Assembly: GCA_963827685.1 (NCBI GenBank)
Contig: CAWHBU010000006.1
Span: 384,001-448,000 of the forward strand
Origin: an uncultured delta proteobacterium
GTDB taxonomy: Bacteria; Desulfobacterota; BSN033; UBA1163
DNA: 64,000 nt
Reading direction: 5' to 3'
The position numbers and the translations under genes were made by a program. The stretch's first letter is position 1; every line of letters begins with the position of its first letter. Below the pieces are notes generated by a model. The model had not been told where the DNA came from. It was given only the letters and a program-made list of their open reading frames with translations, and did not search any database. Of this stretch, positions 1-10,139 are shown one piece after another.

Positions 1-458
1 CCTTATCTGAAGACGTGGAAGGGAAACAAAAGGTGCATTTAATTTTAGCTGAGATGTGTGGCAACCGTTTCCTTGAAGCTCTTGTCGGATCTTTAACGAG
101 ATTAACCAGGAGGGCAGTAGAAGCGGTAGAGGCTGACCCTCATTACATGCATCCTCCAGGAATGCACAGCCCGATTGTGGAGGCGGTGTTGAAAAGGGAT
201 AGTGAGGCAGCGGCAGCGGCGATGGAAAAACATATCATTGAATTTGGTGAAAATCTTATTAAGATGGAAAAGACCTATCGCGAAAAAAAATGTTATCATT
301 TTTTGAGCTGCAGTCCGATAAAGGATTGGGTGAAAACCGTTGAGTCACCACCCTCCATATCTTCCTCCCCAGTCTCGCGGCCTCTGACATCTCAGATTCT
401 TACCCAGTCGTTTGGCTTTCCTCTCAACGGTCTTCAACCTCGGGGATATCACGGATGA
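1..458 (+). CDS. GntR/FadR-family regulator, C-terminal FCD domain (5' end outside window; C-terminal tail may be read-through)
   Basis: HxxLAEMCGNRFL...H..IVEAV...D...A..AM..HI FCD signature; paralogous to 12273-12650. Confidence 0.75.
   Translation, partial: LSEDVEGKQKVHLILAEMCGNRFLEALVGSLTRLTRRAVEAVEADPHYMHPPGMHSPIVEAVLKRDSEAAAAAMEKHIIEFGENLIKMEKTYREKKCYHFLSCSPIKDWVKTVESPPSISSSPVSRPLTSQILTQSFGFPLNGLQPRGYHG
329..439. repeat. Imperfect terminal inverted repeat pair, possible MITE remnant
   Basis: ggtgaaaaccgttgag (329-344) vs ctcaacggtcttcaacc (423-439). Confidence 0.35.
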
Positions 459-566
459 AAGGCATATTCTGTTCTTTGGGGCCTTGCCAGTGGCAAAACT
501 AAAACATCAGGAAAGCCTCCGTGGATAGCCTCCTGTTCAGTATTGAAACTCCGGCTCACTCAATAT

Positions 567-1919
567 CTATTTGTACACGCCGTATTCCTTGGTGAAATCA
601 ACCATCGCCTTGACATTCTCCGGCTTTGCCTCGTCGAAAAACGCGCCATTGCCCATGATGAAACCACCGCCTTTGCCAGCAGTTTTGATGAGTTTCTTGC
701 AGTAAGCTTTCACTTCATCTGGTGTGGCTAATCCCAACATGGAGGAGGGCACATTGCCGATGAGGCAAGCATTCTTACCCAATGTTTCCTTGGCTTTCGC
801 CATATCTGTCTGGTCAACCATCCATACCGTTTTACCTTTCGGTATGTCTTGGATAACTTTCAGACGCGAGCCCCAATGCCCCTCAAGCGCAGGAAATGGT
901 ATGCATCCCCCCTCAATTAGGCCCAACATGACCTGTTTAAAGGTAGGCCAGTAGAATTTCTTAAACTGCTCATCGGACAAGAAGCCATCAGCACCTTTAT
1001 GGAGGGGCATGAATATGAGAGGATTTCCGGTCTGTTGTGCTGCACCCAACCCCAGACTAATCATGATCGGCGTTATCGTTTCCAGGGCTTCGAGGAGCTT
1101 ATCGGGCCGCCGGTACATATCCAGCATGATCCCTTTGGTGCCCCTGAGGGTGTCGCCAATGGTGTCAAACGGCGCCTTGGTAAATCCGCCAAGGATATCC
1201 GGAAACCCCAGTGATGCCAACTCACCATTTGAACCACCCATAACCATCGCCCATTTCAGGGCTTCAGCCCCGGCCTCAAAAAGGGCCTTATAGGTGGCTT
1301 GAACAGGGGGTAGAGCATAAGGGATGAAACTAAAGGCAACCCCGTACATTTCGAGTATGCCGGTGAGCGGGGGAAGCATCTGGAATCCCTGGAGCGCCCC
1401 GAATACACGCGGCAGGTAGAAATTCCTGAAGTAAAACGACGGGTCGGTAATCAAGAGATCATATTCCTCCGCCTTCATGTATTCTCCCTCGTTGCACTGG
1501 TAGCTATGTTCAGGCGCGACCCCATGCCCCGGCCAGGAGTATAACTTGTAGTCAAGGATCTCATAGAACTTTCCCGGACCCGGCGCTGCAGCGCCTATAT
1601 GCATATCCGGCTTAAAGTCCAAGATGAATTTCTTAAAGGCCGCAGCGCATTTGTCGTAGTCATACATAGCCTCTTGAACGGTCATCCCGGCATTAATAAA
1701 AGGGAACATGCTGGGAAGTAGCGTGACCGGTACTCTGTCCGGAATCTTTTTCAACTGAATGGCATCCTTGATTCTGGTTATGCTTGCTTTATAGTTAGCC
1801 TCTGCTTCCTTGCTTTGGAATTTAAGGTCATTCCCCTCAGGGTCTTTCGGCCTAAGCAACTTTTGAAACTGCGCCTCGTGCTTTTCGTCTGCTGTCATCT
1901 CTCCCCATTTCTTTTCCAT
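567..1919 (-). CDS. Uroporphyrinogen decarboxylase (URO-D)-family methyltransferase (MtaA/CmuA/O-demethylase MT-I-like)
   Basis: PDRVPV N-terminal motif, PFD...LRG..G...D.YRRP, F.KFYWP, GNVP, GGFI C-terminus; adjacent to corrinoid protein. Confidence 0.85.
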   Translation of the reverse strand: MEKKWGEMTADEKHEAQFQKLLRPKDPEGNDLKFQSKEAEANYKASITRIKDAIQLKKIPDRVPVTLLPSMFPFINAGMTVQEAMYDYDKCAAAFKKFILDFKPDMHIGAAAPGPGKFYEILDYKLYSWPGHGVAPEHSYQCNEGEYMKAEEYDLLITDPSFYFRNFYLPRVFGALQGFQMLPPLTGILEMYGVAFSFIPYALPPVQATYKALFEAGAEALKWAMVMGGSNGELASLGFPDILGGFTKAPFDTIGDTLRGTKGIMLDMYRRPDKLLEALETITPIMISLGLGAAQQTGNPLIFMPLHKGADGFLSDEQFKKFYWPTFKQVMLGLIEGGCIPFPALEGHWGSRLKVIQDIPKGKTVWMVDQTDMAKAKETLGKNACLIGNVPSSMLGLATPDEVKAYCKKLIKTAGKGGGFIMGNGAFFDEAKPENVKAMVDFTKEYGVYK

Positions 1920-1923
1920 GTTC

Positions 1924-2553
1924 TTACCCTCCTATCCAGCCCTTGGCCAATTTAACAGCCGCCATGGCGTCTTTCCCATAGGCATCCGCTCCTGTAAAAC
2001 CCTTCACCTGATCGTCAATCTGGCCACCTCCGATCATGATTTTTACCTCATTTCGGAGCCCTGCCTTTTTGATCGCCTCGATGGTATCTTTCATGGATTG
2101 AAAAGCCAAGGTTAGGAAGCCGCTCATTCCAACCACCTTACTTCCAGTCTTTTTAATGGACTCTACGAATTTTTCCGCCGGCACATCAATGCCAAGATCG
2201 AGGACTTCAAACCCATTGACATCGAGCATAAAGACGACAATATCCTTGCCGATGTCATGGATATCTCCGGCAACCGTGCCTACCACTACCTTACCCAGGC
2301 GCTTCGCCGCCGCTGCCTTGGTGAGCTTCGGCTTAACCATATCGGTTATTTGCTTCAATATCTCACCGGAGTACACCAGGTCAGGGATGAAATATTCGCA
2401 ATCGGAAAAGCGCTTGCCTACGATCTCAAGGGCACGTTTGGCATCGTCGAGAATCTTGAGCGGATCTTCCCCAGCGCTCAGTCGATCCTCAACAATCTTA
2501 AGAGCCTCCTTCTCCTTCAAATCAGCTAATGTCTTAACAAGATCTTTGGCCAT
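1924..2553 (-). CDS. Corrinoid (cobalamin-binding) methyl-acceptor protein
   Basis: GTVAGDIHDIGKDIV (DxHxxG), SGFLT and IMIGG B12-binding motifs plus N-terminal cap domain. Confidence 0.92.
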   Translation of the reverse strand: MAKDLVKTLADLKEKEALKIVEDRLSAGEDPLKILDDAKRALEIVGKRFSDCEYFIPDLVYSGEILKQITDMVKPKLTKAAAAKRLGKVVVGTVAGDIHDIGKDIVVFMLDVNGFEVLDLGIDVPAEKFVESIKKTGSKVVGMSGFLTLAFQSMKDTIEAIKKAGLRNEVKIMIGGGQIDDQVKGFTGADAYGKDAMAAVKLAKGWIGG

Positions 2554-2875
2554 GTTCCTTTACCTCCTTGACGATATTGGGATCTGAAATGTTTTCACGT
2601 TAATAGATCGACCTCAGTGGCCACCTCTCTTCATCCACCTTGCCCAATCCTCTCGACCGAAAATAATGAACCCCAAATATACCAGAGTCGATAGTATATC
2701 ATCTTGATCTTATTTTCTGCAACCTTTTCTGCAAGGTTTTGACAGACGCCGGTAACAGGAACGAAGACCAGTCCGAAGAGGGGACTGATACGGCAATCCT
2801 CTCCTCTTTTTTATATCTCATTGCAGAGTGTTCAAAACTCTCTTGAAGCCTTGCAATGCAGTCTATAATATCGTT

Positions 2876-3886
2876 TTAGTCCCATTGATATGGAACCATA
2901 TCGTAATATCTTACCCATTCCTGGGCCGAGCCATCAAAGAACTTTACATTTTCATATCCCAATACCTGTGTCAGCACATACCACCAGGAGCTGGCATATC
3001 CGCCTACGCCACAGTAGACAATAATCTCTTTGTCCCTGTGTCTACCGTACCTACCGATTACACCGGAGGCCATTGCTCCAAGTATCTTTTTGTCCTTATA
3101 AGTGTAATAAGTGTAAGTTTCCTTCTCCGTTTTCAATTCCTGCAATTTCCACATCCAGGGAGTAGGCAAAGATCTGGCAGTCGGGATATGTCCCTCCTTC
3201 GGGGCAAAAGGCTCAATCGCCGCCCCGAAGTAAACTTCCGCATCTCTGGCGTCGATAATGACAGGTCTCCCGATATGCCTTCGAACATATTCAATAGAAA
3301 CAAACATTTCCTTATTCACTTTAGCTTGGTACGTAGCCGGTGTCGCATTCGTGGGGTCCTTACTGATAGGTCTTCCCTCTGCCGCCCACTTGGGGTGTCC
3401 GCCATCAACAATAGCAACGTTCTTTACCCCTGCATAGATGAGGGTAAGGGCAACCCTTGTGGCATTCGCAAAACCGTAGAATGGAGGTTCGCCGGGATTG
3501 GGTGCAGTAACAATCACGACCCGTGAATCCCTTGATATCCCGAGGTTTCCGATGGTAATAACTAGATTATTTACGTTCGGTACTTGAAGCCAAAGGCAAT
3601 CATCACTCCCGATTATCCAATTAGAACTCGGACCGCGGCAGGTGGGATCAAAAGCTGTTACAAAAGGTTCATTGATTGACCCGGGTATGTGACCCGCTGC
3701 ATAATCTGCAGGACTTCTGATATCGAGAATTACAACCTCTGCGCTATGGGCAGATAACCAGTCCGTGGAAATGATGGAATCAATTCTCCGACCCGAATGC
3801 GAATCGGTTCCAGCGTAAGCTCCCACAGTAAGTAATCCTCCCAATGCTAAAACACTCACCATAGCCATTAATAATTCTCTTCTCAT
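2876..3886 (-). CDS. Exported tandem-domain rhodanese/sulfurtransferase
   Basis: RBS aaggagggg before ATG 3886; signal peptide; GHIPGS, GHIPTA, active-site loop YCGVGGYAS, FDGSAQEW. Confidence 0.88.
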   Translation of the reverse strand: MRRELLMAMVSVLALGGLLTVGAYAGTDSHSGRRIDSIISTDWLSAHSAEVVILDIRSPADYAAGHIPGSINEPFVTAFDPTCRGPSSNWIIGSDDCLWLQVPNVNNLVITIGNLGISRDSRVVIVTAPNPGEPPFYGFANATRVALTLIYAGVKNVAIVDGGHPKWAAEGRPISKDPTNATPATYQAKVNKEMFVSIEYVRRHIGRPVIIDARDAEVYFGAAIEPFAPKEGHIPTARSLPTPWMWKLQELKTEKETYTYYTYKDKKILGAMASGVIGRYGRHRDKEIIVYCGVGGYASSWWYVLTQVLGYENVKFFDGSAQEWVRYYDMVPYQWD

Positions 3887-4088
3887 GATTCCCCCTCCTT
3901 TCGTCATCTCACGTAAGTTGTTTAAGATTCGCTTGAGCCAATTTCTGAAAATTAAAACCATAAGCCTATTAGACGAAAGTCTTCTCTCATCTCTCACCCC
4001 CTTTCATGGTGCACGAATAAGCCATCTTCCTTAAACCTTCAAATAATTGGGATAAGAACACCCCAACACACTTACCATCACGCCCAAG

Positions 4089-4222
4089 TAAACCCCGTTA
4101 GAAATTCCAGTCGTTGCGACTCGAAGCCGAGCGGGGCATTGAACCCCGCCGGAATTATTTGGAATGTAATCTAGCTATAGCGGGCCTGCAGAACAGCGGG
4201 GCATTATTTCTAACGGGGTAAA
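4089..4222. repeat. MITE/REP-like element with ACCCCGTTAGAAAT...ATTTCTAACGGGGT terminal inverted repeats
   Basis: Perfect 14-bp TIR (4092-4105 / 4206-4219); gtaaacc at both junctions. Confidence 0.75.
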
Positions 4223-4231
4223 CCAAAAAAA

Positions 4232-4939
4232 TCATAATCCTAAATAGGCTTTCCTGACATAATCATTTTTGAGTAAATCTCTACTTTTTCCTTCTGAGAC
4301 GATCCGGCCGTTTTCCAATACGTAAGCTCTATCCGCTATCTCTAAGGTTTGTTGAACGTTTTGCTCAACCAGTAAGATCGTCATCCCTTGATCACGAAGG
4401 GTTTTGGCGACATTAAAAATTTCCTTTACCAATAATGGCGCCAGTCCGTAAGAGGGTTCATCAAGCGCGCAAAGTCTGGGTCTTGACATCAATCCTCGCC
4501 CTATGGCTAACATTTGCCTCTCGCCACCGCTCAGGGTCCTGGCTAATTGTCTTTCTCTCTCTTTGAGGATAGGAAACATTTTGTATACCTGTTCAAGCAT
4601 TTCCTCTCTGTTTCTCCACGTTGCATTACTATAAGCACCCATATCTAAGTTTTCGCGAACCGTCATATCCGGGAAGGGTTTTCCGCCCTCTGGGATATGA
4701 GAAATACCTATCTTAACAATTTGATAAGAAAGCATCCGATCTATCCTCAGACCGCAGAATTGCATGGAACCTGAAGTAGGATGTATCAACCCAGAGATCG
4801 TATTGAGCATCGTTGTCTTACCCGCTCCATTCGCTCCGACTAAGGCAACGATCTCTTTCTCATCTACTCTCAGAGAAACGTCCCATAAAGCCCGGATGTT
4901 CCCATAAAATGCGTTAACGGCATTCACTTCCAACATCAT
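4232..4939 (-). CDS. livF: Branched-chain amino acid-type ABC transporter ATPase
   Basis: GANGAGKTT Walker A, LSGGERQMLAIGR, DEPS. Confidence 0.9.
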   Translation of the reverse strand: MMLEVNAVNAFYGNIRALWDVSLRVDEKEIVALVGANGAGKTTMLNTISGLIHPTSGSMQFCGLRIDRMLSYQIVKIGISHIPEGGKPFPDMTVRENLDMGAYSNATWRNREEMLEQVYKMFPILKERERQLARTLSGGERQMLAIGRGLMSRPRLCALDEPSYGLAPLLVKEIFNVAKTLRDQGMTILLVEQNVQQTLEIADRAYVLENGRIVSEGKSRDLLKNDYVRKAYLGL

Positions 4940-4941
4940 GA

Positions 4942-5661
4942 CTATTTCCCCAAATAGACCTCAATCACGGTTTGATTGTTCGTTATCTGTTGTGGCGTTC
5001 CTTCGGCAATTTTTTCGCCGTGATGGAGGACAATCAGTCGGTCACATATACCCATAATTGCTTTCATGACATGCTCAATCATAAATATGGTAATCCCTCT
5101 CTCCCGGATCCTGGTAACCAACTCCATAGCCTCCGTTGTCTCTGTAGGATTCAGACCGGCTATCAGCTCATCAAGTAACAATAGTTCTGGTTTGGTGGCT
5201 AACGCTCTCGCGACTTCAAGTCGCTTCTGGTTAGCCAGGGTGATATCTTTGGCAGGAATCGCTCTCACTGCTGACAACCCCACAAACTCTAATGACTCCA
5301 TCGCCTCTCGGGTGGCATCCGCTGATGACATGCCGGTTGACCTCCCGAATAACGAGCCTAACAATACATTTCCAAGAACTGCCATATTGCCAAAAACTTT
5401 TACCGATTGAAAAGTCCTGGCCACTCCCGCCCTACAGATTTGATGTGGCTTTAAGCCACTAATCTTTCGGCCCTTAAATCTTATCACCCCTGGTTTAGGA
5501 ACAAGAGCAGCCGATATTAAATTGAACAGCGTTGTTTTGCCGGCCCCATTGGGACCAATCAGACCAACGATTTCGCCCTGGTCAACATGGAAATCGACAT
5601 TTGATATTGCGGTTAGCCCTCCAAAATGTTTGGTCACCCCTTCCCCTTCAAGTATTTGCAT
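4942..5661 (-). CDS. livG: Branched-chain amino acid-type ABC transporter ATPase
   Basis: GPNGAGKTT, RTFQ, LLLLDE, IEHVM, EVYLG. Confidence 0.9.
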   Translation of the reverse strand: MQILEGEGVTKHFGGLTAISNVDFHVDQGEIVGLIGPNGAGKTTLFNLISAALVPKPGVIRFKGRKISGLKPHQICRAGVARTFQSVKVFGNMAVLGNVLLGSLFGRSTGMSSADATREAMESLEFVGLSAVRAIPAKDITLANQKRLEVARALATKPELLLLDELIAGLNPTETTEAMELVTRIRERGITIFMIEHVMKAIMGICDRLIVLHHGEKIAEGTPQQITNNQTVIEVYLGK

Positions 5662-6601
5662 GCGGCCGTTTCAAACCTCCTTTCCGCCACCTTTGCATCA
5701 AACCAACCAGTCCATTGGGCAAGTATAATATAGCAACCACCATGATAATGCCGAAAATAAGCATATAGTAATAGGGAAACCGGGTGATTAAAAATTCTTC
5801 CAGATAGGTAAGGATCGCCGCGCCTATGATAGGACCATAAAGTTGCCCCATTCCACCAAAGATGGCCATCAAAACCGGCATAAAAGAAATGAGGGGATTA
5901 AAGGCAATCCTGGGGTCAATATACGTCCATCGTGTCGCCATGGTTGCCCCGGCTGCCCCTATGAAAAAAGCACTGATGGCAAAGGTGATGGTTTTCAAAA
6001 CCGTTACATTGATGCCTGTGTGAGCTGCGGCTTCCTCACATTCTCCGATACTCTGCAAGGCTAACCCAAATTTAGAATGTTTGATAAAGTAGGCGGTAAT
6101 CATTAATACCGTAAAAATAATTAGCATGATGTAATAAACAGCCGTGTTATCCATGGTGGGGACCACTCGGCCAGTCGTCCCCGTTATATTTACTTCCCAC
6201 CACAGGACAGAATGTAACAGGAGCTCAACGAGTCCGAAAGTAAACATAACAAAATAGATGCCCCTCAGCCTCAGAGTCAAAGCACCAACGAGAAGAGCAA
6301 GAAAAAAACTGGCTAGACCACCCATCCCAATAACGGCAGACAAAGGGAACACAAGCCCGAGTAGAGCCGAGGTATATACGCCGATCCCGAAGAATGCCGC
6401 GGGCGCCAGTGAGATATAACCGGTAGGACCGGAAAACATTGCCCAACTCACCGTAATGATGATATACATGAAGATGCTGCTTAATAATACAACCGTATAA
6501 CCCCGGGAATAGAGGGGTAAGGTAGCTAGTAGGAACAATATGATGAGAATCATTGACCCTGATAACAAGGACCTCTTGGGTGTAAATGTGGTAATACCCA
6601 T
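5648..6601 (-). CDS. livM: Liv-type ABC permease
   Basis: GYISL..AAFFGIG.Y, LRLRG.YF, GGMG...GP motifs. Confidence 0.88.
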   Translation of the reverse strand: MGITTFTPKRSLLSGSMILIILFLLATLPLYSRGYTVVLLSSIFMYIIITVSWAMFSGPTGYISLAPAAFFGIGVYTSALLGLVFPLSAVIGMGGLASFFLALLVGALTLRLRGIYFVMFTFGLVELLLHSVLWWEVNITGTTGRVVPTMDNTAVYYIMLIIFTVLMITAYFIKHSKFGLALQSIGECEEAAAHTGINVTVLKTITFAISAFFIGAAGATMATRWTYIDPRIAFNPLISFMPVLMAIFGGMGQLYGPIIGAAILTYLEEFLITRFPYYYMLIFGIIMVVAILYLPNGLVGLMQRWRKGGLKRPHANT

Positions 6602-6605
6602 TCCT

Positions 6606-7475
6606 CTATTTCCCCAAAATACCTGTTGGCTTCACCAGGAGCAGAAGCATGAAGATGACATAGTAGGCAACCAGTGATAGGCCCGGCTCTATATAGGTAA
6701 CGATGCTGCCAACAAGACCCAGTAAAAGACCACCGATAAAACTGCCGGGGATACTGCCCAACCCCCCTAAGACGATCACGATAAGGGCGATGATGGTATA
6801 TTCGAGACCCATCGTTGGTTGAATGTTGTAGGACATGCTTATCAGTGTTCCACCAAAACCAGCCATCAAAGCACCAAAGCCAAAGCATAAAGCCAGCACT
6901 TGGTTGATGTTTACCCCCATGAATCCAGCAGTGCCCGGGTCTTGGGCTGCTGCCCTGATCGCTTTTCCCAGACGGGTACGGGCTAAAAAGAGATAAAATA
7001 CTAAACCTATGACGATTGCAAATCCAAGGGTTATTAGGCGATTGGCGGCAAATATCGCTCCTCCGAAATTGACCGGAAGAGCTAAATAAGAATACCCCTT
7101 TATTCCAGCACCCCATACTAATATAGCCACATTTTGAATAATGAAGAGGAGACCAAAACAGGCTAACATGGAGTTCCCCTCGAAGGCAGCGGGTGACGGG
7201 GATGAGGTTCTAAGGCGTGTGAACAGAGTTCTATAAAGTACAAAACCGATGGTGAACAAAATAGGACCGCAAATGGCCAGGGAAACCAGTGGGTTAATCC
7301 CAACACGGGTGTAAAACCACCAAGTGATGAAAGCCCCGAGCATGATAAACTCGCCATGAGCTATGTTCAGCACCCGGGCAACGCCAAACTGCAGGCTGAG
7401 CCCGACAGCGATCAGGGCATAGATGCCGCCCATCAATAAACCTGCAATCACTATGTCCAGGATCTTCACCATCAT
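6606..7475 (-). CDS. livH: Liv-type ABC permease
   Basis: IYALIAVGLSL.FGV.RVLNIAHGEF, GKAIRA, VLGGLGS. Confidence 0.9.
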   Translation of the reverse strand: MMVKILDIVIAGLLMGGIYALIAVGLSLQFGVARVLNIAHGEFIMLGAFITWWFYTRVGINPLVSLAICGPILFTIGFVLYRTLFTRLRTSSPSPAAFEGNSMLACFGLLFIIQNVAILVWGAGIKGYSYLALPVNFGGAIFAANRLITLGFAIVIGLVFYLFLARTRLGKAIRAAAQDPGTAGFMGVNINQVLALCFGFGALMAGFGGTLISMSYNIQPTMGLEYTIIALIVIVLGGLGSIPGSFIGGLLLGLVGSIVTYIEPGLSLVAYYVIFMLLLLVKPTGILGK

Positions 7476-7497
7476 TAATGATAGCTTCCTAACTTTG

Positions 7498-7543
7498 AAA
7501 TCCCCCTCGCCCCCCTTTAGTAAAGGGGGGCGAGGGGGGATTT
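7498..7543. repeat. G/C-rich REP-like hairpin
   Basis: aaatccccctcgcccccctt-tagt-aaaggggggcgagggggattt; near-identical copy at 62881-62925. Confidence 0.8.
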
Positions 7544-7605
7544 ACGATTTTCATAATTCATAGGTTACGAACCCGCAATGAAAAATTTATTTTGATACTC
7601 TATTT

Positions 7606-8838
7606 TTACTTTTTCTTTGGCTGTGGCTTTGGCCATGCTGGCTTGGGATACAAGGGCTTTGCGGTACGCTTCGCCCCAGGATCGATGACCTCAAATACGC
7701 CCTTTTGCCATTGACCTATCTCACCGGGATGATTTACAAAGTATCGATCCTTATCGTACCAGAACGGTCCTAACGCCGTATTGAACTTCTCTTTAGCCAT
7801 GATGTCCCTTATCTTTTTCTGATTCAGGGTTCCCGCCTTCTCGATAGCCTGCTGGAAATGCTGTAGCGACAACCAATAGTACAGGCCCCCCCAGTAGTCG
7901 GGCTCCACCTTAAAGCGAGCCACGAATTTGTCAACGAGTTCCTTGGCTCCGGGAGAAGTTTTCGCATTCCAAGCACCGCCGCCCATGACCCCCTCCACCA
8001 CCTTCGCGCCAAAGTTATCTCTATAGAGGTTGGGCGAAAAGGGTAAGACGGTAATGAAGAAGGCGTTGAAGTTAATGCCAAGCTCAAGTGCCTGAGCGGT
8101 AAGGAGCATTCCCCCATCAGGATAGGAAGCAGCGAAAAAGGCATCAACATTAAGCGACTTGGCCTCCTTCAATAGTGGCGATAGGTCCTTAATCCCAGGA
8201 GGATAGCTCTTTTTCATTTTGACATTGATTTTCTTCTGCTTGAAATACGGGACCATGGCATCACCATACTCTACGCCGTGGAGGTCTCCACGGTAGATCA
8301 CCGCCACCGACTTCACACCCACTTCCTCAAAAATGTTCGCAAGAGCTGGGGCCTGTGTTTCGGAAAAATTCAAAACCTGGAAGAAGTAGGGTAAGCTAAG
8401 TTTCTTGAGCTCCAACGCACCACCGGGGCCACCGATCAGGATATACCCGTACTTGTTGGCGATAGGAGCGGCAGCAAAGAGCCAAGCGGTGCCCCAGGGA
8501 GGAAAGACAAAGTCAACCTTGTCCTGTAAAATTAATCTTTCCAGAAGGTTCGTCATCGTGCCTATATCGCTTTTATCGTCATATCTTTTAAGCTCCACGG
8601 GCAATTTTTTGCCATACTCCTTCACATATATCCCGCCGTTCTTATTGACCTCCTCAACCCACAATTCGTAGATTGGACCGCCTGCTATCTGAACAGCGCC
8701 GGCAAGTGGGCCGGAGAGAGAGATCGCCTGGCCAATGACGATTTTGTCTTTGGCTGGCGCTGCATTAAGAGTAGGACAGAATAGAAACATGACAACCGGA
8801 ATCACCATCAATAATGCAGGAAACCATTTCTTTTTCAT
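7606..8838 (-). CDS. Liv-type periplasmic substrate-binding protein
   Basis: Signal peptide, IG.AISLSGP, NKNGGI, YDDKSD; type I PBP. Confidence 0.88.
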   Translation of the reverse strand: MKKKWFPALLMVIPVVMFLFCPTLNAAPAKDKIVIGQAISLSGPLAGAVQIAGGPIYELWVEEVNKNGGIYVKEYGKKLPVELKRYDDKSDIGTMTNLLERLILQDKVDFVFPPWGTAWLFAAAPIANKYGYILIGGPGGALELKKLSLPYFFQVLNFSETQAPALANIFEEVGVKSVAVIYRGDLHGVEYGDAMVPYFKQKKINVKMKKSYPPGIKDLSPLLKEAKSLNVDAFFAASYPDGGMLLTAQALELGINFNAFFITVLPFSPNLYRDNFGAKVVEGVMGGGAWNAKTSPGAKELVDKFVARFKVEPDYWGGLYYWLSLQHFQQAIEKAGTLNQKKIRDIMAKEKFNTALGPFWYDKDRYFVNHPGEIGQWQKGVFEVIDPGAKRTAKPLYPKPAWPKPQPKKK

Positions 8839-9010
8839 AGCATACCTCCTCGTACAATATCTTTCGCTAATGGTTAAGGATCTTCTTGACCTGTGGACAA
8901 GGGACCTCTGTCATCACATGGGATCACCCTCCTTTACTCTCATCACCTCCTTCTACTGTAAACTTGACACAATGAGACTCATACATTAATTGGAATTTTT
9001 CCGTTTTGAA

Positions 9011-10120
9011 CTACGGTCGCAGAACCGGTTTGACCACTTTCCCCTTTTCCATATCTTCCACCGCCTTTTTTATTTCGTCGAATGGGTAGAATGTGATCAA
9101 CCGGTCAAAGGGAAACCGCCCCTGGCGATACAATTCAATCAGTATGGGGATAAACAGATCCGGAACGGAATCGCCTGCGATGATCCCTTTAACTGTCCGG
9201 CCGTTCATGATCTTGTCCATATCCAACGCAACCTCTGTGCCAGGTGCTACAACTCCAAGCAGTCCGCAAACCCCACAGCGGGGTCCACCGCGAGGCAGGG
9301 AATCCACGGCCTGCCGTAACACCTTGGGATTGCCGACGCACTCCAGCGTGAAGTCTGCACCCTCACCCGTGATCTCCTGGATGGCGGCAACCGGATCCAC
9401 CTTGCCGGAATTAATGGTATGCGTGGCGCCGAATTTCTTAGCCATCTCCAGACGGTCAGAATTGATATCCACGGCAATAATGGTTGTGCAACCGCACACG
9501 ATCGCTGCGAGAATAGCGCTCATCCCCACCGGACCGACACCGAATACCGCGATGGAAGCCCCCGCTTTAGGGTGAAGCGAGATCATGACCGCGCCTGCGC
9601 CTGTCCGAATGCCACAGCCCATGGGGCCAAGAATCTCGAGGGGGACGTCTTCTCTCACCTTTACGACGTTCCGTTCGCCGGCCAACGCAAAATTGGCGAA
9701 GGAGGATTGGCCAAAAAAAGAGCCATGGATGACTTGATTGCCCTTTCGCAAGGTCGCCGTACCGTCAATACGGGCGCCGCCGAAATTGAGGGGGAAAAAA
9801 TTCGCACAATAGGCATCATAGCCCGACCTGCATGAGATGCATGCCCCACAGGAGTCCCAGCCCAATACCACGTGATCGCCGGGTTTGACCTTGGTCACCT
9901 GTTTTCCCACCTTTTCAACAATGCCGGCCCCTTCATGCCCGAAGACACTTGGCGGCGGTGGGATCGGTAAATGACCGTCCCGGGCACCCAGATCCGTATG
10001 GCAAATTCCGGAGGCTACAATACGCACCAACACCTCATCATCCCTCGGCTCATCGAGATCTATCTCCTCGATCTTAAAAGGACCTGACTTCTCCCATACC
10101 ACAGCCGCTTTGATTTTCAT
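9011..10120 (-). CDS. Zn-dependent NAD(P) aryl/benzyl-alcohol dehydrogenase
   Basis: GICHTD, GHEGAG, CxxCxxCx7C, GVGPVG, GRFPFDRL. Confidence 0.88.
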   Translation of the reverse strand: MKIKAAVVWEKSGPFKIEEIDLDEPRDDEVLVRIVASGICHTDLGARDGHLPIPPPPSVFGHEGAGIVEKVGKQVTKVKPGDHVVLGWDSCGACISCRSGYDAYCANFFPLNFGGARIDGTATLRKGNQVIHGSFFGQSSFANFALAGERNVVKVREDVPLEILGPMGCGIRTGAGAVMISLHPKAGASIAVFGVGPVGMSAILAAIVCGCTTIIAVDINSDRLEMAKKFGATHTINSGKVDPVAAIQEITGEGADFTLECVGNPKVLRQAVDSLPRGGPRCGVCGLLGVVAPGTEVALDMDKIMNGRTVKGIIAGDSVPDLFIPILIELYRQGRFPFDRLITFYPFDEIKKAVEDMEKGKVVKPVLRP

Positions 10121-10139
10121 TTTGAACCCCCTTTGAAAC

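Noticed and set aside
2554-2875. Cobalamin riboswitch upstream of the corrinoid gene
   Set aside because: Could not find the conserved B12-box or core motifs by eye
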